Below are positions 1-15,950 of a stretch of 64,000 bases of DNA, piece after piece. The notes under the pieces were generated by a model. It did no database searches, was not told the origin of the DNA, and was given only the letters and a program-made list of their open reading frames with translations. Position 1 is the first letter of the stretch. Every line of letters begins with the position of its first letter. The translations under genes were made by a program, and so were the position numbers. Source of the stretch: Mobula hypostoma (lineage: Eukaryota); the NCBI RefSeq assembly GCF_963921235.1, contig NC_086097.1, forward strand, positions 43,588,001 to 43,652,000, written 5' to 3'.

Positions 1-1097
1 GAACATCCTTCCAATCAACAGACTTCTCTGATGGGAGTGGCTAATTCCATATAAAACAATCACTGAACCACAGAATCTACTAGTCCTTGAGATATACTCT
101 GGAGAGGATTCAGACTAGCTGCATCACTGTCTAAGTATGGACTTGTCAACACACAGGATCCAAAAAGGTTGTAAACTTAGCCAGCTTCATTATAGGCACT
201 AGCCTCCCCACCATTGAGGACAACTTCAAAAGCGATGCCTCAAGGTGGCAGCATCCATTATTATGGAACCTCAGTAGTAATGGGAAGACATGTCCTGGCT
301 ATTATCAGGGGGCAGGGACAAGAGTTGGAAGACACACACTCAACATTTTAGGAACAGTTTCTTCCCCTCCACCATCAGATTTCTGAATAGTCTATGAACA
401 ATACCCGATTAATTTGCCTTCTCTTTGCGCTTTGTTTATATATTCTTATTGTATGATAAACTTCTTTTCCATGACTTTTAATGTATTCTAATATATATAT
501 ATTACACACACACACAGCAATTTATTTATTTATTTCTCTTGTACATTATGTATTGCATTGAACTGCTGCTGCTAAGTTAACAAATTTCACAACACATGCT
601 GGTGATGATAAACCTGATTCTGATTCTAAATTATGTCACTCTGTTTGCACTTGAGCTGAGACTTAAGAGACGACTGGTTGAAAACCCTAGTTGGTTAACT
701 CAAGAATAATTAGAAATATCCACTAAATGTTAGCTTTGATCTACATTAAATTTTACATGAATTCATGCCCCTACATGAATGGCCACATCTTTTGAAAACT
801 ACTTGTTAATCTGTTGTCATACATACATTCCTCTTCCCCTTTCTGACAAAAGACCATAAAGACACACACAACACAGAACATTAATCACTATACGACCAAA
901 ATTCCAGAAATGAACAATTCTTATAATATCCAAACTTGCTCTTAAAATATTTTATATCTCTTTTCTTTGGTAACTTAAAGCACCTCAAAATTGATACTGT
1001 TGTGAATTTAATCAAATGCCATAGGAATTAACACTATTTTCAATCTCATAAATGAGCTTAAATTCAATGCATTAACTATAAGATAGAAAAGTCTTAC

Positions 1098-1247
1098 CCT
1101 GATCTTTGGCTCGCCTCCTGGTTTATGGCTTGTTTGTGGAGCATCAGTATCCATATCAACATCAGCCTTGTCATCAGCATTTCCAAACAAAACCATAGTC
1201 CATGCTTTCAAACCAGCCTGCAATCGAACTCCCAGGATCCTTTCAAT
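1098..1247 (-). CDS. DYNC1H1: DYNC1H1 exon 10 (gene continues beyond window start)
   Basis: tag|ATTGAAAGG...ATCAGG|gtaaga; 150 nt; [17 protein letters not shown]...[20 protein letters not shown]; preceded by a 79-nt intron. Confidence 0.95.
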
Positions 1248-1296
1248 CTACAAGAACAAGCAAACTAGTAAATTCGCAATCAAAACCAAAATTCTA

Positions 1297-1527
<231 letters not shown>

Positions 1528-2194
1528 TTATTACATGAAAATATGACCACAAGATTAGACATACTTAATATTCACAAGTAACTTGATCACCCCCTCTTAA
1601 TTAGTACCTCACTCAGTGGGTATTGGGATGGCAGCAGAGTCCTACATCGGAGCATTATTCTCACGTAGGTGGGGCTTGGTGATTCAAGTGGATGAGCAGT
1701 TTAGGACTGCAGATATCTCCTACATTCACCCATTGTTGAAGACGTGCATTACCTTGCTGGATTCCCCTCCATTTTAAGATCTCTCTTTTTTTAAGCTTAT
1801 TACAATCATACAGCACCAGAAGTAACCCAAATAGTCCATGCTAATTAAGATTCCCATCTAAGCCAGTCTCATTTGTCTGCATTTGGCCCATATCCCTCCA
1901 ATCCTTTCTGATCCAAGTATATGGAGTCCATATCCATATCTGACCTATATCCATCAATTTTTCACATCCATATCTAATGCCCTCTAGTTCTTGATTTCCC
2001 AACCCTGAGAAAAAGACTGTGTACATTCACCCTATCTATGCTCTTCATAATTTTATGCACCTTTGTAAAATCTCCTTTTATTCTTCTCTTTTCCAATGAA
2101 AACAAGTCCCAACCTGCTCAACCTTTCTCCTTAACTCAGTCCCTAGGTTCTGTGCGCTATAATCACTGTGCCCAATCAGCAACCCAATTAGTCA

Positions 2195-3307
<1,113 letters not shown>

Positions 3308-5054
3308 CTATACAATTTGAAAGAGGAAAAAAGAACCAATTGTAATTATGGACTTAAGAAATGATAAGTATGAAAATTACATACAATTTGTATCAAAAAA
3401 TGCTGGAAGGATTTACTACCTGCTGAAAGAGATTTTTTAAATTTAAAAAACATTCCAACGGATAGACAAATATGATTCAAATGTCAACTAGAGCAGACAT
3501 TTCACCTGCTGTTATTAACATGGTGTGCTAGTTTAATTGGCCCATTACATGGGTGGAAACCTAAAAATAAATCTAGATTTCAAAACTACTGACACTGAGA
3601 AGCAAAGGGAAGAGTTAAACACACATAAAAATACTGGAGGAACTGAGCAGGTCAGGCAGCATTAATGAAAAAGAAGATGGAGTTAATGTTTTGGGCCAAG
3701 GGAATAATTATTCTGGTCTGGCTTCACTTTTCAGTTTAGTAGAACTGAACAAGAAACCTGGTTGCCAAATTCTAGATGCAATGTTTCTCTAATGGTAAAA
3801 TTCTGTCGTCGTCCCCCCCCCAGTCCTCCTCTCAAATTTACTTAGATTTTTAACAGACAAAATAACATAATAGCTATTACCCTGCAGAGAGTTAAACTAA
3901 CAAATTCTGAATAGCCAACATAAATAAATACATGAAAAGTTATTTATAAATTATCTTAAAACTTGGATGAATGGGCTGGATCACCCAAAACACCCATGCA
4001 TCATTGTGGCTGCAATTTACAATGGTCAGAAATGCTGTTGAACACCCAACTGAGTTCAGCAAGTCAATGCTGCAGTGGACTTTAGTGAGCCTAGTATGCT
4101 GGTTTGTGCATTTGAGAGGGTTCACATGATCATCCCTTGCCTGTATTATTGACAATAAGCTGTGCATGACCTCTACACAGAATCAACCCAGAAGCAACTA
4201 AACATCATAACAACATTCAGTAGCCACTTTCTATATTCTACTTGGCATTATAGTTGCAGGTGGTATCTTTAGTAGTGACTTATGACTGCTTTTTCCTGGA
4301 ATGGATGGGATTCACAGCTCCCCTCTCCAAATCCTGAACTTAAGCTGCAATCCTAACTCTAGTGCACTCCCTGACCCTCCCCCACACATTTCAGGGTAGT
4401 ATATTGCCTATATTTAAATTTGCCAAGTTGATACATATTCAATTGTTTTTGATTGAATCTATTTCATTTTTTTTACAAAAACAAAGTTTCAATGGTAAGT
4501 GCAGAACATCATTGACTGTACAATTCTTATTGCCCATGTCTCTCTAAATTTCTTCTTCAGTTTATTCTTTAAAACAATTTCTAAAATCCATATCCTCGGA
4601 GCTAGGTTCCTGTATTACTCAGTACCATAAGTATCCAAACAGGTGGAAATTTGCACCTGCCATTTGAACCTTTGCATCAGAAATCCAAGTTCGTCAAAGA
4701 ATCTTGGCAGATCTTGGATCACTGGTAGGGGGCGCTGCTCACCAAAACAAAAGCCAAGGGGTTGAGCCTTTAGCAGTATGAAGAGAGATCACTGACTGGA
4801 TATTCAGAAGATCAATGGTTCATTGGTCAATGACATATCTCACCTATCCGCCAACATTCTGACCCTTAATTACAGGAAACACTGCCAGTTACAGCATCTT
4901 TAAACAGGTCAGATGATAGGGCCATGAAAGTCTCAGCATTTCCAGTCATTCACTTCTGGTAAACTCTGAACGAATAATTTTCTTACAATTGTGGGATGAT
5001 AACCCAGATTTTAAACACCAAATAAACTGCAGCCACCAGTATAACACTTTGTTA

Positions 5055-5718
<664 letters not shown>

Positions 5719-6487
5719 TTAAAAGTCAGATTCAATAAAATGATACATTAGTACTCCATACAATGGTCATCAAGGTGAATTCCTGCGAATGAGCAAATGC
5801 TATGGAGATGCATTATTGACAATATTGCCGTGCTGGGAACATGGTGTAAACCCTAGCTTCACCACTGATTCATTTACGTGTTGGGAATCTAGTCAAGTTC
5901 AATCCACTACTGGTGCTTCAGCAACAATGAAATGGTTAAGGTCATCTCAGGGCCAGGTGACTTCGGTATCAAGTGAACCACTGAGACAATGTTCCTGTGG
6001 GATTGATGTTATGACAAGTGATGCATCCAGTATCAAGGTGCAAGGCTCCATATCTTGACAGTCAGCCCTGATCATAGAGTGTCGCTCATCAACTTCTGTT
6101 GGGATGAATTGGAAACTGCCACCTCTCCTTTGGTTGTAAAACTCTCCAAAGCTCTGAGATTATTTTTTAAACACACAGTTATGAGTGTTTATTACAAATT
6201 AGTGCTCTGCATGTTAGCAGAAATTGAATACTTGGGTATGCATATATTGAAGTTACAAAAACTTAAGTTATTTGTTTCTGTGGCAGCAAATTACAAATCT
6301 GCGCAGAAGCAATTAAACTACTTAGATGCATTTTTATTACACAAAGGGCAACCTGCAGCACCTATTTCTGTTGTTTTCTAAAAATTGCTATGGTTAGGTA
6401 GAGAATTGCATGGAGACAATGTGAAAGTTATGAAAACATTCAGCAATTAATGATTTAGTAATAATAAAGGCAGGGAAGAGTATGTTA

Positions 6488-6739
<252 letters not shown>

Positions 6740-7081
6740 CTACAAATAAAATTTTGACAGAATAGGAAAATGGCTGTAAATATAAATTTGCAACAATTTA
6801 ACCAAATCATGTTTATCTTTTCCTTCTATAAACTGACTAGTGTAACATAAAATATATAAAAATCAGGAGGGCATAAAGATATTTAGTCTTTTTCCTAAAG
6901 GACAGCCTAAAACTGGAAAGGATAATTTTAAGGTGAGAAGGAAATATTTGAGGGACAACTTTTCCCCTCACATTGAGAGTGGTGAGAATATGGAACAAGA
7001 TGCCAGAAGTACTCGAGATGGGTAAAATTACAATCTAAAAAAAGACACTTGGACAAATACATGGATAGAAAAGATTTAGAG

Positions 7082-7161
7082 CAGGGGCTCCCAACCTGCT
7101 GTCCATGGACCCCTTGCTTAATGGTACTGGTCCATGGCATAAAAATAATTGGGAATCCCTT
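7082..7161. mobile_element. 80-bp Buster-type hAT MITE inside a CR1 3' remnant
   Basis: 8-bp TSD atttagag (7074-7081 / 7162-7169); left TIR caggggctcccaacc resembles the 35025 element. Confidence 0.8.
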
Positions 7162-9416
7162 ATTTAGAGGGATATGCACCACATCCAGGCAAACAGAACT
7201 AAATCATGTCACCTTGGTTGGCATGAATGAATTGGGCCAAAAAGCCTGTATGATTGACTACTTAATAGGGCAACTACTAAGAGGTAGACTGATTTAATGA
7301 GTACAAGGGCCTACAAACCCCAAAGTATTATATGCATTGGTTTTGAATGGGGGGGAAAGCAGAAAACTACCATCTACCTGCCACATTTAGGTTCTGTTCT
7401 CAGGGTCAACTGTGTAGTCTGCTGCCCAGCATTAAAACTGTAACATTATTACTGTAACTCTAACAATATTGCAAATTACTTCATTATAGTTCTGAGGGAT
7501 TGGAAATTCATAACTTAAATTGCAATAAATTCTTTGCACTTGTATTTTTGTTAGTGAATTCTTTATTTGCTTTCAAAGGATAAACCTTTAACTAGCTGTA
7601 TCTTCAGGTAAAAAGAAAGTCAGATGTGCATGGAAATGAGTTATAAAGAATGTTGTGCTGAGTCTCCTGCTTAATTTCTTTTTACCCGAAGATACAGCTA
7701 ATTAAAGATTTATCCTTTGAAGATCAACTCTAAACAAAAGCAGAAATTAAGTATTGCCGATCTACTTTTTAACTAATACTACCTGTGATACAGTGCACAT
7801 TGGAATATAAAGGCTCAGTCACATCACGAGTTTGAATTTTGATATACTGATGGAGATTCACTACGAGCTAGAAGTGCCCACAATCTTCACTCCCCCCAAG
7901 TTTACACTGTAAACAATGAACTTTTTGAAAGCACGTTCATTAAAAATGTCAAACATTAGCAGCAAGGGGAGGAAATAAATTTTCCCACTTAAGTATCTGA
8001 CTACGATTGACCTCTTCCTCCCAACTTCTCCAACATCTGATACAAATTACCATCTATGGCAGATGCCATTAAACTACTGAATAAAACACAATGTAGGATA
8101 GCACATGAACCTTACATGCAACATACATTTTTACTATATACATTGACGGAATACCAATTGAAAACAGATGGATGTCTTGAATTCCTTGCTCCATCAACAA
8201 CCCTCTCTTCCCCCCCACCCCCACAATTCAAGCCCAGGATCCTCAACAGTCCTGCTTGAAGCAACAAATCCTGAATTAGAAGCAAGGCCAAACACATCTT
8301 CCGAAATTTCCAACCAGGACGGCCGGATTCATGGGATGGGTCAGAATAAGAGTTTGGTGGAACAAGTCATTACAAGGACTCACTCTAGAAGATCTGAAAA
8401 AGTCACGTGGTTGTCAAAGCAAAATATATCTGCAGAGGAAGAGGCAGAGCTGAGTGATGGCATGACACAGCAACTCCTTCGCTTGCATCTTTGGAAACAA
8501 CTTTATTTCTATCTTTGATATCTCTTTTTTTCCCCTTTCAATGTATGACCTGGAGTTACACTCTGACTTTGGTTCTTTGCGGGAATGGTACCCACTCTCA
8601 GGGCCTCACAAACAGCCGCTTTTAGATATACTAAGGACGTGGCCTGGAAAGCTAGTTTGCCTTCAAGGTGCCGGATTTTTGTGGCTCTGGAGGCTGGCTG
8701 ATTCAAGACTGGTGCTGCTACCACTGACTGATGCACTGTGGGAGAACAAGAAGGGTCAGAAGCAGCAGCCTTGCTGTTGGCTATGTGCCCAGAGGCACAG
8801 AGCTTGGTAAAAGTGACGCAGCAGACCTTAAGTACCATAAAACAGCGAGTTGTTTTGTTATGTCTCCCCTCTCGCCGTGAAATGGGGACACCTCTTTTTT
8901 CCCTTACCAGGGAGCGAGAGAAAGCACTTGTGGTATGTCAAATACTGGGTGAACGAGTAGTCTTTGGGGTACTGCAAGTCTGTGTCTTTATTGATACTTT
9001 GCTGTACGCTTGAGTGCTTGTTGGGGGGCTGCCAATGCTTCTTTGCTGCTGTTTGTGCGTGGGTGGGGGGAGGTGGGTCCTTTGGGGTTCTAACATTTAA
9101 CTGTCATTCATTCTTTGGGGCACTCCTCTGTTTTTGTGGATTTTGTGAAGAAAAAGAATTTCAGGATGTATTTGTATATATTTCTCTGACATTAAATGTA
9201 CCTATTGAAACCCATCTAATTCACCCAATCTGTATTTCAGGTAAGAGTTTGTTTATACACCTTTGAAACCTTTTCTCTCCTATTAAAACATATTGTGATA
9301 ACTATATCAAAGACTACAAAATACAAATTGTTAGTCGGAGAAATAATAAACAGGCTCAAAGGAAAAGAAAATTGAGACAACTGAAAAAGGAAATAAAATT
9401 AAAGACTTCTGAATTA

Positions 9417-9779
<363 letters not shown>

Positions 9780-10412
9780 TTACATTACACACATAGCCTT
9801 CAGTTTGAGACTTTACTGTTGTGTTTATCTACTGAGGATGCCACAAAATTTTACTTCAGTTAAGAATCAAGGCTATTAACACCAAAATCATAACTAACTG
9901 GCCTCTGCCTATTTTGCTATTATTCTTATCGCTGATTTATGATGCAAGAACCAACTACTGATTTAGAATGACAGTAACTGGAGCTCTATGTCTCAGAAGA
10001 ATACGGCATGGGTACGCGCCCTTTGGCCCATGGTGTTTTTGCCAAATTTAACTCAATCTATCTGCTTACAAGTGGCTCATATCCCTGTATATTATTGTAT
10101 CTGTCTTAAATCCTCTTCAAAAACACCACTACTGTGTGCTTCCATAACCCCACCAGTGGCAGGTTCTAGGCATTTGTCATTCTGTGTGGGAAAAATACAT
10201 ACCCATACACCTCCTTCAAATTTTCCCTGTTCATCTTAAAGCTATGCCCTCTACCATTTGACATTTCTACCCTGGGAAAAATACTCTATCTACCTTACCT
10301 ATCACCCTCTTCACTTTAGAACCATCAGGTCTCCCCTCAGCTTTCAACACTCCAGAGAAAACTACTACAGTTTGTTCAACCTCTCTGTATAGCTAATATT
10401 CTCTATTCCAGA

Positions 10413-10719
10413 TGTTACGTACCCCGTAACTGGGTTGCCAAACCAGCAGAAATGGACCACTTAGTTGGAGTCTGGTTTAACAGAAGCTAATAAAGTTTTA
10501 TTAAAGAAACAAGTAACACAGTACTCTAATTGTAAGGATATAAATGCAACAGGTTAGCAATGATAAAACACGCATGTACACAGAACTACGGTAATAGGAA
10601 TCAATCAAGCTCTATCGCAGTCTAGGGGTAAAATGATCAGTCTCAAGTGACGCAGAGTTCAGTTCAGCTTAGTACAGTTCGCAGTAATCGCTGTTGTGCC
10701 GTTGGGGGGGGGTGGTTGT

Positions 10720-10757
<38 letters not shown>

Positions 10758-11283
10758 TTGATTGATTGATTGAGAGAGAGAGATTGATTCAAAAGACCTT
10801 TGATGTTCTATGCAGTTAGCTCTCGGGCGGACCCTATATCTTCTGTAGTCACCGACTGTGACCCCTCTGCTCCGGATACGACCGTTCTTCCGCGGTGAAC
10901 CCGGCTCCCAGGCAAGGGCGGAGACACACACCAGGTTCCCGCCGATCATACCCTTTCACCCTGTGCGTCTATGGTCGGTTCCCGTGACCAGACCTCTAGA
11001 CTCCCACCAACTTGTGGGGGCACACCGCTCTTCCAGGGTCTCGTTATCTCGTGGTGTGTCATGCCTTAGTGAACCTGTTCTTTTTATCCCCCTGCTGGGG
11101 TATCGCCTGTCCATCAAACTCAAACAGTTCAGGTTCAAAGCAATCTGTCTGTCAATATCTGAAATGTGTTTCTTTCTCGTTAAACTCTCTCTTCTCTCTT
11201 ATTAGCATTTTGAATGTTTCTCCATTGTCTCCCTTATCTCTCTCATCAGCATCAATCTTCTGATAACTTGGTTTGTCGTCACA
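10413..11283 (-). mobile_element. Solo LTR (Gypsy-like), 871 bp, inserted in an old CR1 in DYNC1H1 intron 3
   Basis: TG...CA ends, short IR tgttacg / cgtcaca, 4-bp TSD caga (10409-10412 / 11284-11287); orientation inferred from AATAAA at 10497-10502 on the minus strand. Confidence 0.85.
10718..10788. repeat. Compound microsatellite (TG)n(GA)n(GATT)n within the LTR
   Basis: Directly visible. Confidence 0.9.
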
Positions 11284-12277
11284 CAGATGAAACTCTTTTG
11301 CACCCACTGCAAAACCTCCACATCCTTCTTGCGAAAGGGATGATCAGAACTGCACACAGCACTCCATATGCAGCCTAAACTAAGTATACTAGCAGCAACA
11401 CGATTTCCTAATCCTTACACTCAATAACCGAACCAATGAAGGCAAGCATTCCAGACACACCTTTACCACCCTATATACTTGTGTTGCCATTTTCAGGGAG
11501 CTAGATAATTGCACCTCTATATCTCTATTCAACTACTCTCCTTAGGGCTCTGCCATACACTTCCAAGTGACTGAACATGTCCTACCCTGATTTAACATCT
11601 CAAAATGCGTCACTTGCCCAAGTTAAATTTCATCTGCCATTGCTTTGCGCACTTTCCCAGTCAATCTTGTTGTAACCTTAGATAATCTTTTTCACTAATA
11701 AACAGCCAATTTTGATGTCATCTGTAAATCTATTTGTCATACCAACTATATGCTTACCCAAATCCTTGATATATGACAAACAACAGAGGATCTGGCACCA
11801 ATTCTAGCATCATATCAGTTAAGTTCTTTATCCTCTTTTCAGGCATGGTCAAACCTCTTCTCAAAGTTCAATTGCAGTTTTTAAAGTAAATTCCAGCTTG
11901 TCAACAATGATTTACGATCTTCCTGGACATTCCCCATCCTCTTCAAATTTCCCTGAAACTTGTACACTTGTTTCCTCACTCTCCGAGTTCTGATGGAATG
12001 TCAGTTATCTTCTTTCCTCCTCACTGAAGCTGCTTGAACTGCTGAATGCATTCAACATTTACTTTCCCCCGACTTCCAGCACCAACACTTTTTGTTCCAA
12101 AAACATACTTTGTGTTTTCCTAACATGATTGCTCCTCAGTCAATATGCAAAGCCTTTGCAAGTGGTAGTTGCTCTATGCTGAAAATTAACCAGCAAGTTT
12201 GCAAATAACTGAAATTTAAAAAAAAATTATAGGTACATTTGTTAATCTTCATAGAAGTAGAAATCAAATAACAATTA

Positions 12278-12496
<219 letters not shown>

Positions 12497-12823
12497 TTAC
12501 ACAGAAACACCCCATATCCATGGTTAACAGAAATAAACCCTTGGTTGTTTTCTCAAAATAAATGAAATCACATTGCAAGAATCAGTATGTATTGATCTCA
12601 AACCACCATGTAATGAAATAGTTTTTCTTTATAAACGCACCAAAGATACCACCAGGCTTTACAATTCAGATCAGAAGATTGCCTTCAGTCAAATGCTAGA
12701 ATTTAGTAAATTTGACATGATTGAATTATTACATTACTTAAATACATTAACTACTTACTACTTGGAAGGCAAGGAAATTAACTAACTTTGGCATACAAGA
12801 CAAATAAATCAGTAATTCAATAC

Positions 12824-12911
12824 CTGTTAGATTTGAGTCCATAATGAATATCGGTGTTAATGCTGTAAGCTATATGCTCCTTCTCCTCTTCCCCTTCATC
12901 TCCAACATCCT
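12824..12911 (-). CDS. DYNC1H1: DYNC1H1 exon 2
   Basis: tag|AGGATGTTGGAGAT...TCTAACAG|gtat; 88 nt; [29 protein letters not shown]; not in the ORF track, read by hand. Confidence 0.95.
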
Positions 12912-13476
12912 CTATTAGATAAAAGCAAAAACTGATGATTTGTATAGGTTAACAATCTAATATAGAAAATAGCTACCTTTTAACCATAAATATTTAAGTT
13001 ATTAGACGTATCAAATATATTGGAAAATGGTATGTAACTCCATGTAGCATAGACCCCAACAAAGAATGGAGAGACAAAAATGGTACCCATAGCTGGTTTC
13101 TTGGTGCCAGAGAAAGATCTACAATGACAATGTACCAATCTCTTCAATTACAGAGTGGGGAAGAGGAAACTAAAATAACAGCTCAAGAATTGACGTTCGA
13201 GGATTCTGAGTGAATATGTAAATAACTGACAAGAAAACATGACTAGCTTGCAAATTGTGAAATCTTTCCATACAAAAGGAACTGCAGATGACACATACAG
13301 TACATGACATCCCTAAGCTTGGATTTTTATCATAAGGAATTTTTAAAACTAACCTGGATGAAAAAGGTACCCAATAATTTAATCACAAAATCACATACTG
13401 TTAATGGATTAGATATTGAGAATCAGAGTCATTTTTAATATCACCAGCATATGTTGTAAAATTTGCTGGCAAATTT

Positions 13477-13785
13477 GTGTTGACATGTGGCCAAGTGGTT
13501 AAGGCGTTGGTCTAGTGATCTGAAGGTCGCTAGGTCGAGCCTCAGCTGAGGCAGCGTGTTGTGTCCTTGAGTAAGGCACTTAACCACACATTGCTCTGCG
13601 ATGACACCGGTGCCAAGCTGTATCCGGCCCATGTGCCCTTCCCTTGGACAACATCGGTGACGTGGAGAGGGGAGACTTGCAGCATAGGCAACTGCCGGTC
13701 TTCCATACAACCTTACCCAGGCCTGCGCCCTGGAAACCTTCCAAGGCATAAATCCATGGTCTCACAAGACTAACGGATGCCTACA
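13477..13785 (+). mobile_element. tRNA-derived SINE with CORE-like domain
   Basis: A box TGGCCAAGTGG (13488-13498), B-box-like GGTCGAGCC (13533-13541), gtgtccttgagtaaggcacttaacc CORE-like segment. Confidence 0.78.
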
Positions 13786-14461
13786 CAATGTCATGAAATT
13801 TAACTTTAAAGCAGCTATACAATGAAATCCTTGGTAAAAAACTGAATTACAGTAAGCATATGTCTATTAGTTAAAATAAGTAATGCAAAAAAAAAGCAAA
13901 AATAAGGAGTGAGGTAGGCTTCATGGATTCAATGCCCATTTAGAAATCAGATGGCAAAGGGGAAAAAGTTGTTTCTGAAACGTTGAGAGTCTGTCTCCAG
14001 TCTCTTTTACCTTCTTCCCGACTGTAACAATGAGAAGAGGGCAAAATCTTAAAAGCCAATTATAGGGTCAGATGAGATTGAATTTAAGAAAAATACTAAG
14101 ATGAAGGAATATTGCTCGAAGTGTTGGTTGAGGGGTGATAACCCTGTAGTGCTTGTGGTACCTAACATGATATATGCAAAACACTCAATATTTCACAAAT
14201 TCTTTACACATTAATTAATTGCGATATATTTTATTCTATTGAAAACAAAAGATGTACATTAGCTCTTTGGTGTCAGAGTTATCCAAAGGAAGAGGCATTT
14301 TGATCAGAGTCAATGTCATGCATTAGCTCCTATTCTTTCACTGATCCCTTTTTATTCTTTTCACATTCTCAACTCCCCGGTCCTGCCAAACCCCCCCCCC
14401 CCCCAGACCTATCACTGTAAAGTCACTTCTCTCATCAAGGCAAGCAGTTACTCTCACTCTG

Positions 14462-14760
14462 ATGCGGCATGGTAGTTTAGCGGTTAGCATAAACAGTGCC
14501 AGCGATCGCGACGGGGGATCAATTCCCGCCATTGTCTCTAAGGTCTCGTACGTTCTCATCATCACTTGGGATTCCTCCGGGTGCTTTGGTTTCCATCCAC
14601 GTTCTAAAGACGTAAGGGTTAGGTTCAGTAAAATTGTCAGCATGCTGTGTTGGCGAGGTAGCATGGTGACACTTGAGGGATTGTGTTGGTCGTTGATGCA
14701 GACCATGCATTTCACTATATGTTTAGATGTAATCGTGTCAAGTAAAGCTAATCTTTAATA
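14462..14760 (+). mobile_element. V-SINE (HE1-like)
   Basis: tRNA-like head followed by V-domain-like ttcctccgggtgctttggtttccatccacgttctaaagacgt. Confidence 0.7.
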
Positions 14761-15458
14761 TTTATCTGTGAAAGGATTAAAAAACTTTGCTGCTTCCTAT
14801 GTAAAAAATTGGCAATTTGTAATCAATATAAAGGAAATACTAATAAGCCTCATTAGAAAAATGCAAAATAGGTGTGCACTGATCGATTTTACAGAACATG
14901 AAACTGTCCATATAACTGAGTCAGCTGACGATGAAATGCCAATAGGAGACAAATTTGATTTCTTCTCGCCAGTAGGGCGTCTCCCACAAAGGAAAGCATC
15001 CTTGTGGGAATCCAGGAAAATTAAAATACTAGATGTATTCGGAAATGTAAGCTACTAGTCTTACAATCAAGATTTTAAATATGTTGAAGTGATGACGGGA
15101 AGTCATACGCATTGCACAAATAAAAATAAACAGTAATTTAAACTGTAGGAAATTAGCAAAAGGCGGACGTCCCCCAAAGGAAATAATGCAAAGCTCAAGC
15201 GCTGTCAGCAGCAACCAACTCCGACCACCCCAAACTTCCCGTTAGCTTGGAAAATTGATGTTAAGATTTTGCAGTTAATTCCCCATCGGAACCTTCACAT
15301 AACGGCTGAGAGAGGACTGATTTACATTCTGCGTGTCAACCTCTGCCCGGGCCGCCGCCCTCACCCAGCTCTCTGCCGGGTGCTGCCGGCCAGCAGGGCG
15401 GGCACAGAGCGCTTCTGGTTCACGTTACCCCCCGAGTAGACGACAGGAGCGCACAAAC

Positions 15459-15726
15459 CTTTAAGGGTCGTTCGCTCGACCAACACCGTATGCATCTGGG
15501 GGTCGGAGAGAAATTTTTTCATCTGCTCCACCGCGCTCTTCTCCTCAAAGGCCGTTTCCAGGGCTGCCGGCGCGTCGCCGCCATCTTCCAGCAGCAGCGG
15601 CACCAGCTTTCGGATGTGCTTCTGCAGAAGCGACACGTCCGCCACATTCTGCACCGTCACCTCGAGGCCGGTGCTGCCATCCTCCCCGCCGCCGCCGCCA
15701 CCACCACCTCCGCTGCCTTCAGACAT
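15459..15726 (-). CDS. DYNC1H1: Cytoplasmic dynein 1 heavy chain, coding exon 1
   Basis: gccATG at 15726; translates [50 protein letters not shown]...ERTTLK; donor G|gtttgt; 268 nt, ends phase 1. Confidence 0.96.
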
Positions 15727-15950
15727 GGCGAAAGTCTGAACGCTGGCCGCACCCCACGGCCCTCGACTAGATCGGCGATGGAGGCACTGCGGCAGCCGCC
15801 CAGCCACTGAGGCGCGTCCACTGCGTCACGTGTCACTGCAGAGGGTGAGGTAATGCCGGGCAGCGCCTCCTCCGCCAGGTCCCTACAGGGCCGGGCCGCC
15901 TCCCTCATCCATTCTGCAGCGCGTTAAGTTCCCAGACTTCCCGATCATAT
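15727..15950 (-). promoter_or_regulatory. DYNC1H1 5'UTR/promoter within a CpG island (~15340-15930)
   Basis: Abrupt GC/CpG-rich island in AT-rich DNA surrounding exon 1; overlapping CRE-like TGCGTCA (15822-15828) and E-box CACGTG (15827-15832); TSS not determinable. Confidence 0.75.

Larger units (their letters stand above)
9985..11810 (-). mobile_element. Old CR1 3' remnant split by the solo LTR
   Basis: Degenerate reverse-complement similarity to the CR1 3' halves elsewhere in the window (e.g. cagaactgcacacagcactcca); approximate ends. Confidence 0.65.

Noticed and set aside
13477..13552. tRNA gene
   Set aside because: Continues into a CORE-like SINE body with no oligo-T terminator; it is a SINE head
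15361..15807. 148-aa ORF-track call extending dynein exon 1 at both ends
   Set aside because: It starts at a non-ATG codon in the 5'UTR and reads through the donor at 15458; the real coding part is 15726-15459
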